Source: Monocercomonoides exilis PA203
Taxonomy: Eukaryota > Protista > Preaxostyla
Assembly (NCBI GenBank): GCA_001643675.2
Contig: LSRY02000017.1
Location: forward strand, 930,001 to 994,000
Length of the DNA: 64,000 nucleotides
Reading direction: 5' to 3'
In this document: positions 49,501 to 63,100 of the stretch, piece after piece
Layout: each line of letters begins with the position of its first letter
Numbering within the stretch: position 1 is the stretch's first letter
Notes under the pieces: model-generated
Seen by the model: only the letters and a program-made list of their open reading frames with translations
Database searches by the model: none
What the model was told of the DNA's origin: nothing
Position numbers and translations under genes: made by a program

Positions 49501-51671
49501 TCCATCTTTGAAGCGATGCCACGAACAGAACATTCAGAGGAAGAGAGCCAAAGGGGTGTGTACTGGTCATCATTGGGACGTTCGTTGAATTTTTGAATCT
49601 GAATAGTTTTTTCTATTTTGCTATATTGATCAGTCTTAATGATCTTTTTGTGTTTTTCTATGAAAGCTTCTTTCAAATTCTGAAACATTCTTTTCTTTTT
49701 CATAACAAGTTCATTCTTTTCTTCATTATCACCCAGTCGATTTTGCAGAGTACCATCTCCTCTTTTCAGTGAAATAACATCAATCACTCCATTTTTGTCG
49801 CATTCGATATTTTTGCGCCAGGACGGGAATTGTGTCATCAGCAGAAGCGAATCTGAGTTGTATGCATTTTCATTTTGATTTGAAATCTCATTTCTCGATG
49901 ATTCATTATGCTCAGCTTTGCGCAAAGTCTTATGTGCAGCAGAACGCTGCAAGAACTGTGCAGAAGCTGCAGACAAGCTGTTATTCACAAACATGCACCT
50001 GTCCAACGAGACAGAAGCTCCGCTGACAGACAGCCCGCCAATTGTTGACCGAATAAACTCAACATCCTTCAGATGGATAGAAGCAGACATTGAGGGAGAT
50101 GATGATAATGATGAGATGTGAACAAGAGAAGAGTTCCAGCCGCAGAGTGAGGTTGGTATATGTGTGGGTGAAAGAGTATTTGAGTGCTTCTTTTTGAATG
50201 GGGTTGACTGAAAGGAAGACTTTGAAGAATGAAGAGGAGTAAAAGAAGAAGAAGGAGGAAGATTTGCTGAATCTGAAGTAATGGCATTTTTTGTATTCTT
50301 TAAAGATACATACACTTCAGCTGCTTGATCAATATCTCCAATAAATCTGCAGTATTCAACCTCGCCATTGCAATTTGAAAGAGAAAGAACGCTTCCTTGT
50401 CTCAGCAGAGGAGTAGACGATAAAAGCTTTGAAGGAAAAAAATCTGACGGTAAGTTCACGCGTAGCGAAGGAGATTGCATTTCTTGTGACAGTTGAGGAA
50501 TCAAAGAAGAAGAAGAAGAAGAATACAATGAAGTTCCTTCAGACGTGAGGAAAGGCGAGATAAAGCAGTGATCAAACGAACAGTTGAAGAGGTGAATGAA
50601 ATGTGGCAGATCAGACAATGAAGCAAATGATGGATTAACATTTCCTGCATTTGTAACATTCACACACTGGATTGATTCAAACATGCAGGTTGATTGCTTA
50701 TTTTCATGTATTTCTGAAAAATCGTCTGATACAGCGGAAGAAGGATGGATGTCAAAGTCAATAAAACTATCTTCTTCAAAACAAAGATCAGTGAAACAGC
50801 ATAATCTGAATGCCACATTATCTTCAGTTGCAATTGAAAATGCACATGTAGAAAAACTTATGGAGTCAATAACAATTTCTTTTGCTTCCAAAGTTCCAGA
50901 CGCAACAGAACATATAGAAAATGAAAGTAATGGCCATTGTTCATTTCTATATGCGCTAGGATTTGTTAAATGAAGACCTGATTCCTTTAAACTATCCAAA
51001 GAAGATTGTGACGAACTCAAAGATTTAGCTGCCAATGAAGTTGATACACCGATTGTAACACCATTAATAATTAATTCATTTCCAGAAGAATGTATCACTG
51101 ATTTGTGAGGCAAAGATAATGGCAGTATCATTGATAAATTTTGAAGTTTGAATGAACTCTCCGATTGAAGAAGGCCATAGTTATTAATACTAACTTGCAA
51201 ATTGATGTTTTCAGGAACTTTCATCGTAGTTTTCACAACAGAAGAATCATTGCCGCTTATTATGGACTGACTAACGCTTGCTTCAGTTGTAACTAAAACA
51301 CTTCTATTTACAAAAAAATGTGTAGTACCTTCTTGAGAACGTCTATAAAGCGCATCTTCAAGCGTATGGCATGGAGTAGATTCTGTAATACAGTCGTTTG
51401 ATGCTTCTCGGATGGCATCGCTATCAATAAAAACATATGAAGAATAGCTATCAAAATTTGATTTTTCTTCATTAAATTTTGAATTGTCCAAAGGAATAGC
51501 ATCATTAATGGTCTCCGAAAAAATGATTTGCTCTATTTTATTTGGATTCATTTTTTGTTTCGGATTATATAGTTCTGAATCGTCAAATTTGTAAAATTCA
51601 TCTGTATGGCTTAATGAAAAATGAAAAATGCAAAACAAAGCTAAAAGCAACGCATCCTTATTTATGCACAT
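46584..51671 (-). CDS. Large type I membrane protein of the oxymonad beta-helix-like surface-receptor family, 1695 aa, no kinase domain recognised
   Basis: Signal peptide; CITESTPCHTLEDAL; motif series CGWNSSLVHI, GGLSVSGASV..C.F.NN, FPSWRKNIEC..G.I.V.SLKRGDG, LWL...C...G, SPFAVPVL, FTGSLLIPCNISF, recalled from the expanded Monocercomonoides family. Single TM at ~48482-48562 followed by a basic stop-transfer segment. Confidence 0.8.
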   Translation of the reverse strand: MCINKDALLLALFCIFHFSLSHTDEFYKFDDSELYNPKQKMNPNKIEQIIFSETINDAIPLDNSKFNEEKSNFDSYSSYVFIDSDAIREASNDCITESTPCHTLEDALYRRSQEGTTHFFVNRSVLVTTEASVSQSIISGNDSSVVKTTMKVPENINLQVSINNYGLLQSESSFKLQNLSMILPLSLPHKSVIHSSGNELIINGVTIGVSTSLAAKSLSSSQSSLDSLKESGLHLTNPSAYRNEQWPLLSFSICSVASGTLEAKEIVIDSISFSTCAFSIATEDNVAFRLCCFTDLCFEEDSFIDFDIHPSSAVSDDFSEIHENKQSTCMFESIQCVNVTNAGNVNPSFASLSDLPHFIHLFNCSFDHCFISPFLTSEGTSLYSSSSSSLIPQLSQEMQSPSLRVNLPSDFFPSKLLSSTPLLRQGSVLSLSNCNGEVEYCRFIGDIDQAAEVYVSLKNTKNAITSDSANLPPSSSFTPLHSSKSSFQSTPFKKKHSNTLSPTHIPTSLCGWNSSLVHISSLSSSPSMSASIHLKDVEFIRSTIGGLSVSGASVSLDRCMFVNNSLSAASAQFLQRSAAHKTLRKAEHNESSRNEISNQNENAYNSDSLLLMTQFPSWRKNIECDKNGVIDVISLKRGDGTLQNRLGDNEEKNELVMKKKRMFQNLKEAFIEKHKKIIKTDQYSKIEKTIQIQKFNERPNDDQYTPLWLSSSECSVRGIASKMDSPFAVPVLYEVTWVEKERGDIVWEDDGADRIIHELTFTGSLLIPCNISFQIISSCPVRAIRRKEMMDSLRSKPGKSGESDSSEQQNKNDMHSSSFSSSFSFNPILDKATISNSSLLNSKGAYLGQAKEEKQINLISNEKIDPFADIVTITDYNFSSIENETSAKGIIRTIHLNDALDEEVVYLRVLYFTGSVKEEEAKEGKGNEIRNENKMNNADEQQHIFQKINCSSFDSTSLCTSISSLYTSHYYYSSSSDQFNTNTSSSLGISSSSFSSQQSTDFPLSDSFRSLPLILLKNATFPADITRPTLPPLPTPISASVIALVVVSFVLLVVCIILFVCFIKKCRRMMRKKKREKEKNQMQKAFLAQSDAMDDASDRRTDRRCEEEEEEEREGEGGEDKEEGKDEGKKIKSEKKKESLLTHETEGHSTSMRNVHLIELEEIEENENQRQSKNEEQNTCESRPSEEVGFDSQSVQPETSESCNNDDDNDNDNSDDDDYDDDDDSDSLYSYFSESEESSDEEEAENELSDGKVEEKYLRQAILSRRLPITALNKAYEVMADETLSMEQNDDSSQKKKKKKKKKRRKQVSVGTSMRPELVSVAVSPIPIQEAEEENSNISQQESGALDPASVKRLALVLVLLKRRHKAISQRIREKEEERRKRTQRKLMRAKQRLLMINQAKKAEEEVKEEEKEGKISDADEDEEDEDSEDENEGRGEGEGDEISNQLFDDWMKDILGMELSEKIDQIANDHNSREKDDVSLADPLLSKPTTSDEEPNFTETKSPLLFNQIWLPSDSDVPGSTTDASISVSSSRASSSQSPLPSHWLDDILMMNDADSIRLSDEDALVSGKVDNEEEELIDIFDILNEGGKKSKADKFLRERKKKDFAIDTEKKEKPDATISESDGERRHSQDNLLNSVLLMDSAREHEEGTYLAFIEKSTDENVTGNENENENSDKINDWLHTLVGADLIIGSEN

Positions 51672-51797
51672 ATGTTTTACATAATATTAACGTGTAAAAA
51701 TGGTTACAACACCAAGTGGACAAAAAAATTCTGGATTGATCTTTAAAACATAAATATTGGTTAACATTCGAAATTCAATTTTCAATTACAAATCAGA

Positions 51798-53794
51798 ATG
51801 AGTGACGACGAAAGTGATTATGATGATGATGGATCCAATGATGATGAAGGATCGAACGAGGAAGAAGGAGATTACGGAGAAATGGAAGAAGATGAATTGC
51901 GCGAGGAAAAGTTATTCAATGAATTAAAAGCTGATTTGTATGAACTAACGCGCTTATACATTTAATTTTGAGAAATTGTTTTTTAGGACAAGAAAGTTTG
52001 ACAATAAAGCAAAGACAGAACAATTTGGAGCACCACCTGCTGGTTTTGATTTCAGCGTACTTCAAGAAAGAGAAGAAAATGGCCTTAGACTTGGAACTTT
52101 TCTTAAACCTCGTGTTAGCAGAACTCACTTTGGAATTGGGTTCCAAGATCTCGGTTGGAACTTTTATGATAACGAGGTTCAATCAACACCTTCTCGTTTA
52201 ATAAAATTTGTTTTTAAGAAAGCAGAGCACATACCTCAACCAAGTTTGCAATTTTCAATGAAAAAATAAGTGAATTTTTATATACAAATTTATTGCATAT
52301 TTGATTTTTTAAGATGGTTATGAAGTTCATTCGCATGTTCTTCGATATGCTCTTTTTGATTCTTCTGTTCTTGGAACATCTGCCGGAAGAGAAAGAGCAG
52401 TTGTCAGTCCTGTTTTCACAATCATTTCCCCAATAACAGACAGAAAAGATGTCTGGGAATTTCCTCATTATAAGGATTTATTCCATTCAAATAATCCAGC
52501 AAATCTTCGAATCCAGCAACAATCAAATGTTTTGAAACTGTACGTAGAACTTGGGGTAAACGTTGTTAGAACTGGCTCTGTTGCTACATCTTCTTCTTCT
52601 TCAACAACATCATACACATCAACCGGCGATCCAGCTGTTGCCAATAAAGCAATCCATTGCCTCTCAAGTGGATGGTGCTTGATTGATCTTGATGATTCGT
52701 GGCCGTGGTACAAAGAAGACTCTGGTGCACCTGCACCACCAGGTGCAGTGCCCAGCACTTCAGCGATGGCAGGCTCAGGGGACCCAGCGTCTGCAGGTGT
52801 TACAGGTGCTGGATCTTCCTCAGCCACTCCATCGAGTTCAAGCGCAGCTGGAACAAGTGGAATGTCGACAGGAGCAAGCAGAGGAAGTATGGTGAAGACT
52901 ATTTCGCTGCCTGTTTACACGCCAAGACCGATGCCTTCAAAGAGCAAAGCGCTGCCAGACAAGATATATGCAGGAGAGATGAAGATCACACTGAATGGAG
53001 GAAGTGTGTTTAACAAGCAGCCTCTTGTTGGAGACACTGGAAAAGAGAAGATTCGCGAGGACTCCAAAGTTAAGCCAACGCTGACTGTGTTGGTGAAAGA
53101 CCCGCGTGCAGCCACAAAGAAACGGAATGAATGCTTCCCGGCAACAATCTTATATCCACGGCAGTTTCAGCCTGCTTTGCTTACGTACAGAAGGCTGCTT
53201 GCTCGAAGATTGTGCAAAATTGATGAGCCGAAGAATGCACTGCTTTCGTCCCCAACGGAGCCGCTGACGTTCAAAGCAGACAGCGAAGACTACATCTTTA
53301 AGATATTCCCGACTATTGCTGACTCGACGCTGGTGATGGCAGTGTTTACACGTCGCTGGACACAAATCTACAAAAAGGACATGACAGACGACGAAAGGAA
53401 GAATTGGGATTCTATTGCGACGAAGTTCAAAGAGCTGACGACTCAGATATGGCCCTTGGTCCATTTGTACTCAGCTCAACTGCCTCTGGTGCCTCCAATT
53501 GTTCCTGCTTTGCCGTCGATATGCCCACACACAGCATATCCAATGACTGAAAAGACAGCCAATGCTCTGTTTGATGCACTGCTGGACTGCGCCACGATTC
53601 CGCCAGCAGACTTTCTCTGTGGAAGGATCCCTGCAGGCACTGTGCTGTCTTCTGTGAAGGCAGCGGCGTCTTCGTCTTCTTCTTCATCTGCCCCAGCTGC
53701 CACTTCTGGACAAGCTGAGTCACATGTTTTGTTTAAGCCGTTTCGCGCAAGTGAATTAAGGCTCAACTTTGCTGAGGGTTTCCTTCCTTCGTAA
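51798..53794 (+). CDS. NPHP1: Nephrocystin-1-like ciliary transition-zone protein, ~616 aa; introns 51911-51986, 52244-52313
   Basis: Motifs colinear with the nephrocystin homology domain as I recall it: GAPPAGF, FLKP...FQDLGW...STPSR, IPQP...LRYALFD, LYVELGV, LSSGW, LNGGS, YRRLL, FP.I.D...M......W, PL..LYSAQLP, KPFRASE. Confidence 0.82.
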
Positions 53795-54690
53795 AGTTCT
53801 TTGAGTCAAGCTGTTTTATTACTTTTCAATGTTAACTCCATCACCTCTTTTTCTTGCTGGGTACTGTCATGTGCTGTGTGCTGAAACAAGTTTTAGCGCA
53901 TTTCTTTCACTGAAGCATAAACTTGCAAACACCTTCAATTCATTTGAAGTTAAACCTTATTTTTATTTTTATTTTATTATTTTATCCTAAACATGTCACA
54001 CTCTTTTACGAGCACTTTATTCTCTTGTTCAGAATCAAATGCATTTGCATTGAAATATACGTTTAAAAATAAAGAATCACTTTTGTAAACAACATAAAGG
54101 ATTACAAAAATGAAAAAAGTATGCTAATATACAGTATGAAAAGATGAAATTTATTTTTAAATGAAGAAAATTTGACTGCTATTTGAAAACGAAAGTTATA
54201 GGGTCATTCTTTAATCCAAAAAACGAAAATAATTCGATGATCTTTTATATCAACAAGTTTTGAGCATTCTGAATTATTTTATAAAATGAACTTATTATTT
54301 TTTATGTTAGACTTATTCAGAAAATGGAACTCTGAAACGTTTTATCAAAAAAAATTATTTTTCTAAATCATTTTATAATAAGAAATTCGATCATTAAAGA
54401 ATTGTTTGTTTATTTTCATATTTTTGCTGTTTTATTGATGTTGAACAACGCTAATATTTTATTTGATAGCCTTAATTTTATAGTTGGGATTCTATAAAAA
54501 TAATTGTATGTTTTATTTGTTTGTGAAATATCATTTATTGAATTTTTAAAGCTTATTTCTATTGAAAATTTGCTATTTAACAAAGTGCAGATATTTAATC
54601 GCAACATATTTTATCAAACGCCTTGCAGACGTTTTATGCAATTGCCATTGGCATACATTAAGTAAAGTTGATATTTCTTTTGAGGTAACT

Positions 54691-56728
54691 ATGCACTCAA
54701 AACACGTTGTTGAATATAACCATCCTTATCAATATTCGCACTCAACAAGTTATCCATACAACATTATTAATTTATCTCAAAATTCTTCAAATGTTACTCA
54801 CACGCAACAAAATAATTTCTTTTCATCATTAACTTCTGAATCTTCTGCACCATATTCATTCGATTTCAATTCACATTTGCCTCATGGAAAAGTTCAGCAA
54901 AAGTCTGCAGCAGCTCCTTTTTATTTCAACCACTTCGCTGAAGCAATGCCATATCCTTCAACATCAACTCAAAGCGAATTTCATTCATCTGAAGGATATA
55001 ACTTTCATCAAATTAAATCCTTGAAGGCATTAAATAATTCAAACATTTTTGAAGCCAAAATATTATTAGAGAGACCTTCTAATCGCAGTTTTATGCGCTT
55101 CGTTCCTTCTTCAGATTTTACACGTTGTTATTTTATGAATGAAAAAAAGCCTGAAAATACGGAAACCACCGAAGGAGAAGAAGAAACAACGCTCTTTTCG
55201 ATAGATGCTGGAAAACAGCAAAGCAAAGAAGAAAAATTGATTCATGAAGCAGATCAAGAGAGTTCAATAATCCGTTTTAATTGGAAAATTCGCGATATGT
55301 TGGAGTATAAGAAAGACGTTTACATGGCAAGTCAATCATCAAGAGAACAAGAGCAAAAAGCAGATTTGATAGACGAGGAAGATGGGGAAAACGAAGAGAG
55401 AAAGAGGAGGATTATTCGATCACAGCTGATGGATGAACGGATCTTCAGGCAAAGATATGGATATTGGATCACGAAAGAAGATTTTGTGGATGTGGAAGGC
55501 AAAATTCTTTGGGAAGAGGAAGAAAAAGCGATGAGACAGAAAGAAGAGGCAAAAGAGACAAAAAGAGCAGAGAAGCGGGAAGCGAAAGGAAAGCAAGCGC
55601 TTACTCTGGAAGAACTGAAGAATCAGTTGAAAGATGCAGAAGAGTTGAAATTGAATGAAGACGCTCGTAATGAACTTCTCCAAGCCATTCGACAGAGACA
55701 AAAAGGTGACGGTTTGTTTCCTGATAAAAAAAGAAGTGTGAAAAACTGTGTTTTTTCTGTTAATGAGGAAGGGAAAATTTGCTATGAATTGATTGGGGAA
55801 GGCAGAAAGGCTAATCAACACACAAAGAAAGAAGGAAAAGAATTAACATACAAAAAAGAAAATGCAACAGATGAAGATGAAGACGTTACAGAATCTTCTC
55901 AAAACAGAATGAATAGAGAATTCACACAAGAAAAGCAAGAATCGAATGAAAAATATTCTTACAACTTGTCACAATTTGGTTTGACATCATTCAGAAGCCC
56001 AGAAACCTTAAGAGCAAAAACAACTTTATCAAGTCAGTCTTTAAGAATGAACAGCCATTTGCCGTATTTTCCATTGACGTCATCTTCAAGCAGTTATTCG
56101 GGTATATCTTCAATTCTTTATCTTTTTATTAAAATATGCTTATTTTATTGAATCGATTTGTTTATTCTTTCTCTTTCTTTTTTTAAAACTTTTTTTAAAC
56201 TTTTTTGAATGCATTTTAGAAAATCATCTATTTGATGATATGAAGGTTCAATCAAAAGATGGCTCTTTTCACGAAAAATTGAATTTATCACAGCAAAATT
56301 CCCTCCTCAGTTCGACTTTTATTGATGATCCATTTACAGAAGAAGTTTTGTTTAACAGCATTTCCTGTAGTAATACTTATGAAGCTGATTTTGATAAGCA
56401 AAAGACAAAACATTCTGCTTCTCTTCTGCCAATCAGCAACAACACCCAGAACGATTTAAAGAGTGAATACATGATATTGCCGTTGTGCTATGCACTTTCT
56501 GATCTTGTTACTTCGTCGGTGAAAGAGAAAATTAGAGAAACTTTGGAGAATAAAAAACGCTTTGATATTAAGAGAAAAATTGATGCGGCAAAGAATCGAC
56601 TCTTCAAAGCCAAAAGTTATGTCTCACAAATAATTGAAAAAAAGAGAGCTCTGCACGAGAAACGCATTGCAAACAGACAAAACGAAGTAGTTTTCACAAT
56701 GTACCAGAAACCTATCGATATTGCTTGA
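54691..56728 (+). CDS. Hypothetical protein with charged coiled-coil segments, ~639 aa; intron 56102-56219
   Basis: Two adjacent ORFs are joined in phase by a GTATAT..TTTAG intron. No domain recognised and the start is uncertain. Confidence 0.65.
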
Positions 56729-57142
56729 GGCTATTTTGTATATTTTTAGAATTAGATATATTTAAGGTTGTGATATTAGCATTTCTTTTCTTTTGTTTCT
56801 TTCTATTTTTTAACAGGAAAAATATTTTAAAAGAATAGTTCAAAATTTGCTTGAAATACATACTACTGCAATTTACAACAAATTCTAATGAGAGAATGCT
56901 TCAAATATCACACATCACATTTTTGATGGGATCTTACCCAACACACTTTTAGTTTTGAAAATTAAAATTGACTTTAGAAAATCGTGTTGCCTGAAGATTA
57001 CTAAACCATTGCTGAATTTTCATAGCTTATTTATTTAAGAGTAAGTTAGAACTGCTAATTTTATTTATTACATGCTGAAAATCACAAAAGCAAGTTTTGG
57101 AAGATATCAAACGTTTTTACAATCTATAAAAAAATTATCGTG

Positions 57143-60100
57143 ATGGAGAGTGGTTTTTCGAATGTTGAAGAATTTTTTACAATTGTTTCTTTGCTTGATG
57201 AACAATTTTACAATCAATTTAAACAGAATATTGAAGACGTCCCATCTTATCTTAATTTTACTCTTCCAAACAAAATTTTAAGAACTTTGAACTTGATTAT
57301 ACCATGTGAAAATTCTCATCTTCATGGCCTTCAGCAATTGTTATTTCATACTCTTTTTCGTGAACATCTCTATCGGACGATTTTGTTTTTTGTAAAATAT
57401 GTCAACCTCAACGAAAAGTGGGCACTCATCATTTATAAGTGTGTTTTGGAAGCAAAGGATATTGAAGACAAGAATTTTAAAAATTATGAGCATCCGCTAT
57501 ATTCAAATCTATTTCAAGTTCGAACGTCAATGCTTCCACTAACTTTAGTGAGATTCTTTGACAAGCAGTGGAAGTTATGCGAAAGGGAATCATTTGTTAT
57601 CAAAGGACTAATTGTGCGCGGAAGATTGTTAACAAATGCAACAAAGTCCTCTGGAATTTCGCCACGTATTTTGCTGGTATCCTTTCCTCTGGATTCATCG
57701 TTGGCGCTTCAAGTTAAAGATTTACAATTTTCAAGCTTAATCACTCAAAGTGAAGATTCAAAGAACTCGCTAAACACATTCAAGCTAAAAGTTCAGTCAT
57801 TTTTCTCTCCATTCACAAAAAAAGAAAAATCATATCATCCAAAATCAGACTTGATGGATTTGGAAGAAACTATTCATCTTGAAGAACAGGGAAAAGACTT
57901 TGTATTAAAGCAAATTTTGAAGCTCAAAATTAACGTGATTGCTACAAATTCAAGTATTTGCATGAGTTTATGCGAGATATTGGAAAATAAAGGAATTTCC
58001 ATTGTAAAAATTGATAACAAAAAGGAAATGGAAAGACTTTCATATTGCCTAAATATTCCAATTGCATCTACATTTTCCGATTTGGAAGAGGGGCATGTTG
58101 CATGGTGCGACAGTTGGTCTATTCTTAGGCAAGATGATGAAACAACAAAAAAGGAAGTTGAAACAAAAAATGGAATTGAAAATGATACATCTGAATTTGT
58201 GCATGGAATATCTGCTGCTGATATACGGGCAACAGAAGAGAAGGAAGGGCTTTCAAACAACGAACTTTGCGATGAGTATTTTTATGATTACAGATTCAGA
58301 TGTATTAACAACATTGCTGACAATAAGACTTCAACTAAGCACATATTACAAAATGAAAAAAATCATTCAGAGGAAGCAAACTTATACAATGAATCAAAAT
58401 TCACTCTGTCAATTTCAGATTTTACAAACTCTTTTTCAAGCAATTCTCGAAGTCAATTTTTTCCTCCTCAACATTTTCATCAGCCATCTTGCCTTTCTTC
58501 AACATTGCATAGCGAGATTTATTTAAGTCTTTTGTCTCGACTTGTTCCATTTTCTGGAGCAAATCTAACACGTTCGATCAACCGAATTTCACAAAGCATT
58601 GCAGTTGGGAATTTTTCATCATCAGCAACTTCTCAATTACACTGTATTTCTTCTGCGAAAAGTGCACCCTCATTTCTTGCATCATTCTCTCATGCTGAAC
58701 AAACCCCTGATGACTCTTCATTTCCACTTAAAAATCGAACGAAAGAAGATAGTCGTTCTCTTCAAGGGACATCGCCTCATTCTTCATCTTGTTTTCCTTC
58801 TGATTACTTCCCTGTTAAAAGCTATCCTCAATCTTTTGTGTTCTTTTCAACAAAGTCATTCCCAAGAATTTCAACAATTGTTTTGCAAGATCCGTCTACC
58901 ACACAATCTTCTGATCCGTCCAGTTCTCCATCATCTTCTGCTTCTGATTCTGCTTTTTCATCAACTTTAACTTCTCATGAATCATCACATAATGAACTTC
59001 TTATTGCGGCTCGAATAACTTCGTTTGCTTTGTCTTTCTGTCAAACACTTGATTATCTGGAATTGTGTTCTCAGACGCTTTCACTGGATCCTTCTTCCTT
59101 TGTTGCTATCGATGAAATGAATGAAAAAACGCAAGCATCTTTTAACACATCGAATGCAAATAAGGCGAGCAATCACGAAAAAGATGATATAAAATGGAGA
59201 TTTTTGCAACTGATGACTCGATCTTCACACAGGGTGATTGATCTTTATCTTATTTATCAGTTATCGCTGCATTTGAACACATTCAGATCTCTTCTTTCTC
59301 CTCTTTTGAATTCTCTTTCAGATATGTGGTTTTTCTTAAAGATAGGCGAACAAACTACTTCTGATTGCGAAGAAGCAAAAGTAATGTTGCCTGAGTCAGT
59401 TCGGTTAACTCCTGGTTTTCTGTTAAGTTCCAGTTCATTGATCCCCATGCCTTCTATTTCGCCTTTGAATAAAGAAGGATTATCATTTATTTCACCATCA
59501 TCTTCAGTGGTAGCATCAACAACTAATTCTTTTGGTTATTTCGATCGTTTTCCTTCTCCTTCTCCTCCTTTTTGTTCTCCGATTTCTGTATCACCTTTTC
59601 CTTCGTCTCTTTCACTTCCCGTTTATTCACTGTTATCTTCTGGTTTCTTATCTCTTTCATCACTTCCTGCTTGGCTTCGACTAAATGTTGCTATGACTTT
59701 ATTTCATATAAAACAAGTAGTCACTTTGCTGAAGAACAGATTTTTGCACAGAAAAGAAAGTGAAAGAAAGGAAACCAATGAAAAGTCCAAAGGAAGAGAA
59801 GATATTCATTGGCTGAAACAAATCATCATTGACTCACAGAAATATTCATACGGATTCTTTCAACAGAAACAACACAAAAAGAATTGGAATAAAAGAGTTA
59901 ATAAAGAAACAATCCACTCATCGAGTTATCTGCAAGCCCAACCTACAAACACATATAATTTCAATTCAAAAGAGACTGCATCTTCTGTTGGAGATAATTT
60001 TGCATCAAATCTTGTTAATTCTACTGATTTGAAATCTCAGGTTCATAGTCTGTTGTTCCCTCTTTTACCAAATCAGACCATTTGTGTTTCTTCGGAGCAT

Positions 60101-63100
60101 CTTATACCGTCGAATTCTTTGAAGCGTCAACTTGGATATGAGAATATTTTCCTTCGTTCATTTCCTATTCCAGTTAACTTGTCAAGGCTCAGAATAGATC
60201 AAGCGAAATGCACTCAGCAAAATCAAAGCAAATTTGGAATTGTCGAAAGTTCAGAACTGTTAACTGTTCCTTCAACCACAGCTGAATTAGCAAATTCATC
60301 AAAAAGCACAACAGAAAAATATCCTTTAAAGCAGTCCAATAATAGTTTTTCTTCTCTTTTCCCCTTTGGCATTGATCCATATACGCCGCTTTTATATACT
60401 TATTCGTTCTCTTCGCGTGTTATATCGCAAGGAACCTTCTGTACACTCCCAGTCACTCAATCTTTCTCTCTGCTATCTTCGTCTTCCTCCACAACTCTGG
60501 GGAATTACTTGCTCACTCGCCTGAGCAAGCACATTCTCTGTCAGAGTTGTAATGCCTTGATGCAGGATCATCTGGATTCGTTTGAGACAGAAGGTTTTCG
60601 AGTGGATGTTGCTGTTGAGAAACTGTCGTCTGCTCAGATTCACTGGAAGAATCACAGCAAAAGAGAAAGAAAAAGTGAAATGAAGAAGGACAAAGAAGTG
60701 GAAGATACAAAAAAAGATGAGAGCGACAAAAAATTTTGCCATAATGAAAAAGACAATAAAAAGCACTCTGATACTGAAGATATTGAAGTAAATGCAAATT
60801 CTATTTCCGCAAATGATACTCCCCCTTCTTCAAAATCTCCGAATATTACAAATACACATTTTTCTTCTTCCTCGTCTACCTCTTCAACAAATGTTGGCTC
60901 AACTCAAATAGATTTCGAAGATGACTCTTATATTACAATTTTCAATAGATGTCGCGTCTGCAGAAAGCAAATAACTCCTCAAAAGAGAGTACCGGGGAAG
61001 CTGCTTCAGATGCCTTTGTCTCTTTTCATTTTTATGCTTGCTCAAAACGGAGAGAAGCGAAATAAAGTGAGTCCTTATGAGTTCAAGTATGGACACAACA
61101 TAAAAAGATTGATAAGAAAAGAGAAAGAACTTGAAAGGGAACGAGAAAAAGAAAAAGAACAAGAAACTCCTCCACAAAAAGATATTGAGATTGACAATGC
61201 AACAAGCAACTTGGACATTTCAAAAGAAAGAGAAGAGATAAAAAATAAAGAGGCAAAAGATGATTTTGCTGGTGTGAGTACTTATAAAGAAAATGAAGTT
61301 GAGCTGCAAAAGCATTCTGAGTCTTTTAGTTCCACTCAAAAATTGTCACAGTCATTCTTGAAATACTCACCGTCTGTCTTGCATTCAATGCAACACGCTG
61401 AATTTGATCAAGATTTCTGTTTTTCTTCATTTATTCCTTCTTCTTCATCTGTTGCTCTTCCACTTCCAACAACATTTTTCTTTGGTGAAGGCGAGAACGA
61501 TTCAGAAAACAAAGAGTGGGAATGGATTCCGCTTCCTGTTTGTTTGTGTGATACACAAATGGAATCTGTTTTGCCTTCTTCTTTTTCACATCAATCATCA
61601 TGTCCGATTTCAACTTCTCGAAATGCGAACTTTCATTGTTATCCATACATTCCAAAATCTCCCAATGATAACGTTAGAGAAGACAACGAAGAAAGCTTCA
61701 AACAACATGAAAATCATTTAAAAGATGAATCTCTCAAACAATTAGAAGAGTTACAATCTCATCCTCGAATGGCTATTGGATGCCCCTTGTGGAGAAATGC
61801 ATCACTAACAGAAAATTCAAAGAAATCTCAGACTTACTCAAGTTTGAACTTTGATGGATATTCTTCTGGTGCATTCTCTTCCTCTTCTTTCTCTGAAATA
61901 ATCGAATGCGATCACTCTTCTTTTCTTAATACAACGATATGTTTTTCCTATCGCGATTCTGTCATTGCCTTTGAAATCTCGCCATTTTTCCCTTCTTCTC
62001 TAATTTCTCCACTGCCAACGCTTCCCCTTCCGCAAGGTCATCTCAAGCATTTTTTCGAAAGCCAACAGAAAACTGTTTGGGGTGTTGGGATGAATGTGTT
62101 TAGACAGTGCAGAATGGTTCTTTTGAATGTTGTACCAATACCTGGAAGCGTTGGAGAGGTCGCAAGCGGATTGCTTGCTAAGCTTAACGAGGAGGAAAGA
62201 GAAGTTATGTCGGATGTGGAAATGTTGGAATGGAACGAAGAGAATCATGAAACACATATCAACAGAGTTAGCGAAAATTGCACAGTTGGAGATGATAAGT
62301 ATGCTCAGGCAAAGCATAAAGGCCATATGCATTCCATTAGCAGCATACAAATGCACTCTTCAAACAATTCCATTCTTATGCTGAAACTTCTTGTGCTGAA
62401 AGCCAAAGTGCTTCACCTTTATGCTCGATGGGCTCATCGCCTCCATTCGCTTAAATCAATTCTACAAAAATACATTTCTCATACCGAAAAGAGCACTCCC
62501 CATCGAACACCATCTCCAACTGTTCCTTCGTCTTTGACTTCCTCTCCGTCTGCATCTTCATTGACTTCGCAATCATCAAATGAAATAACAAAGTCATCAT
62601 CCGTCAAGGGATTTCGTACTTCTCGTTCGTTTTCTTCCGATTTGTTTGCTGTTCCTTCAACTTCCTCATCGCTTTCATTGAAATCACAAAAGCAGATTTC
62701 AAAAGAAAAAGGCAAAAAAGATAAGACTAAAAGAGGAAAAGAGAGAAGGGAAAAGAAAGGCTCTTCGTTGGAAAAGAATCGCCGAAAATCTTCATTGGAC
62801 CTTTCGAAAAAGGTGGATCAATCATCTTCAGTTGCAGCTACTTCTCACCATTCAACAACTTCTCGAGTTGTCAGCTTTTTGATCGGGTCAAAAGGAAGCG
62901 ATGAAAGAAAAGAATCAAAATCATTTCAAAATCAAGTCATTCATTCAAAATCAAATGATATGAATGAAAATGATTCAGTAAACACTTTGAATCATAACAA
63001 AGATAAAGCGCACATTTCCAATTCCACTTCGATTTCCGTAAAGAACAGCTTGACGGACAACTCAAATATTGATCAAATTTTATCAGCGGATCTTGCCGAT

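Noticed and set aside
52468-53766. Antisense ORFs over the GC-richer NPHP1 exon 3
   Set aside because: The sense frame carries the conserved NPHP1 motifs. Antisense openness follows from higher GC and codon bias.
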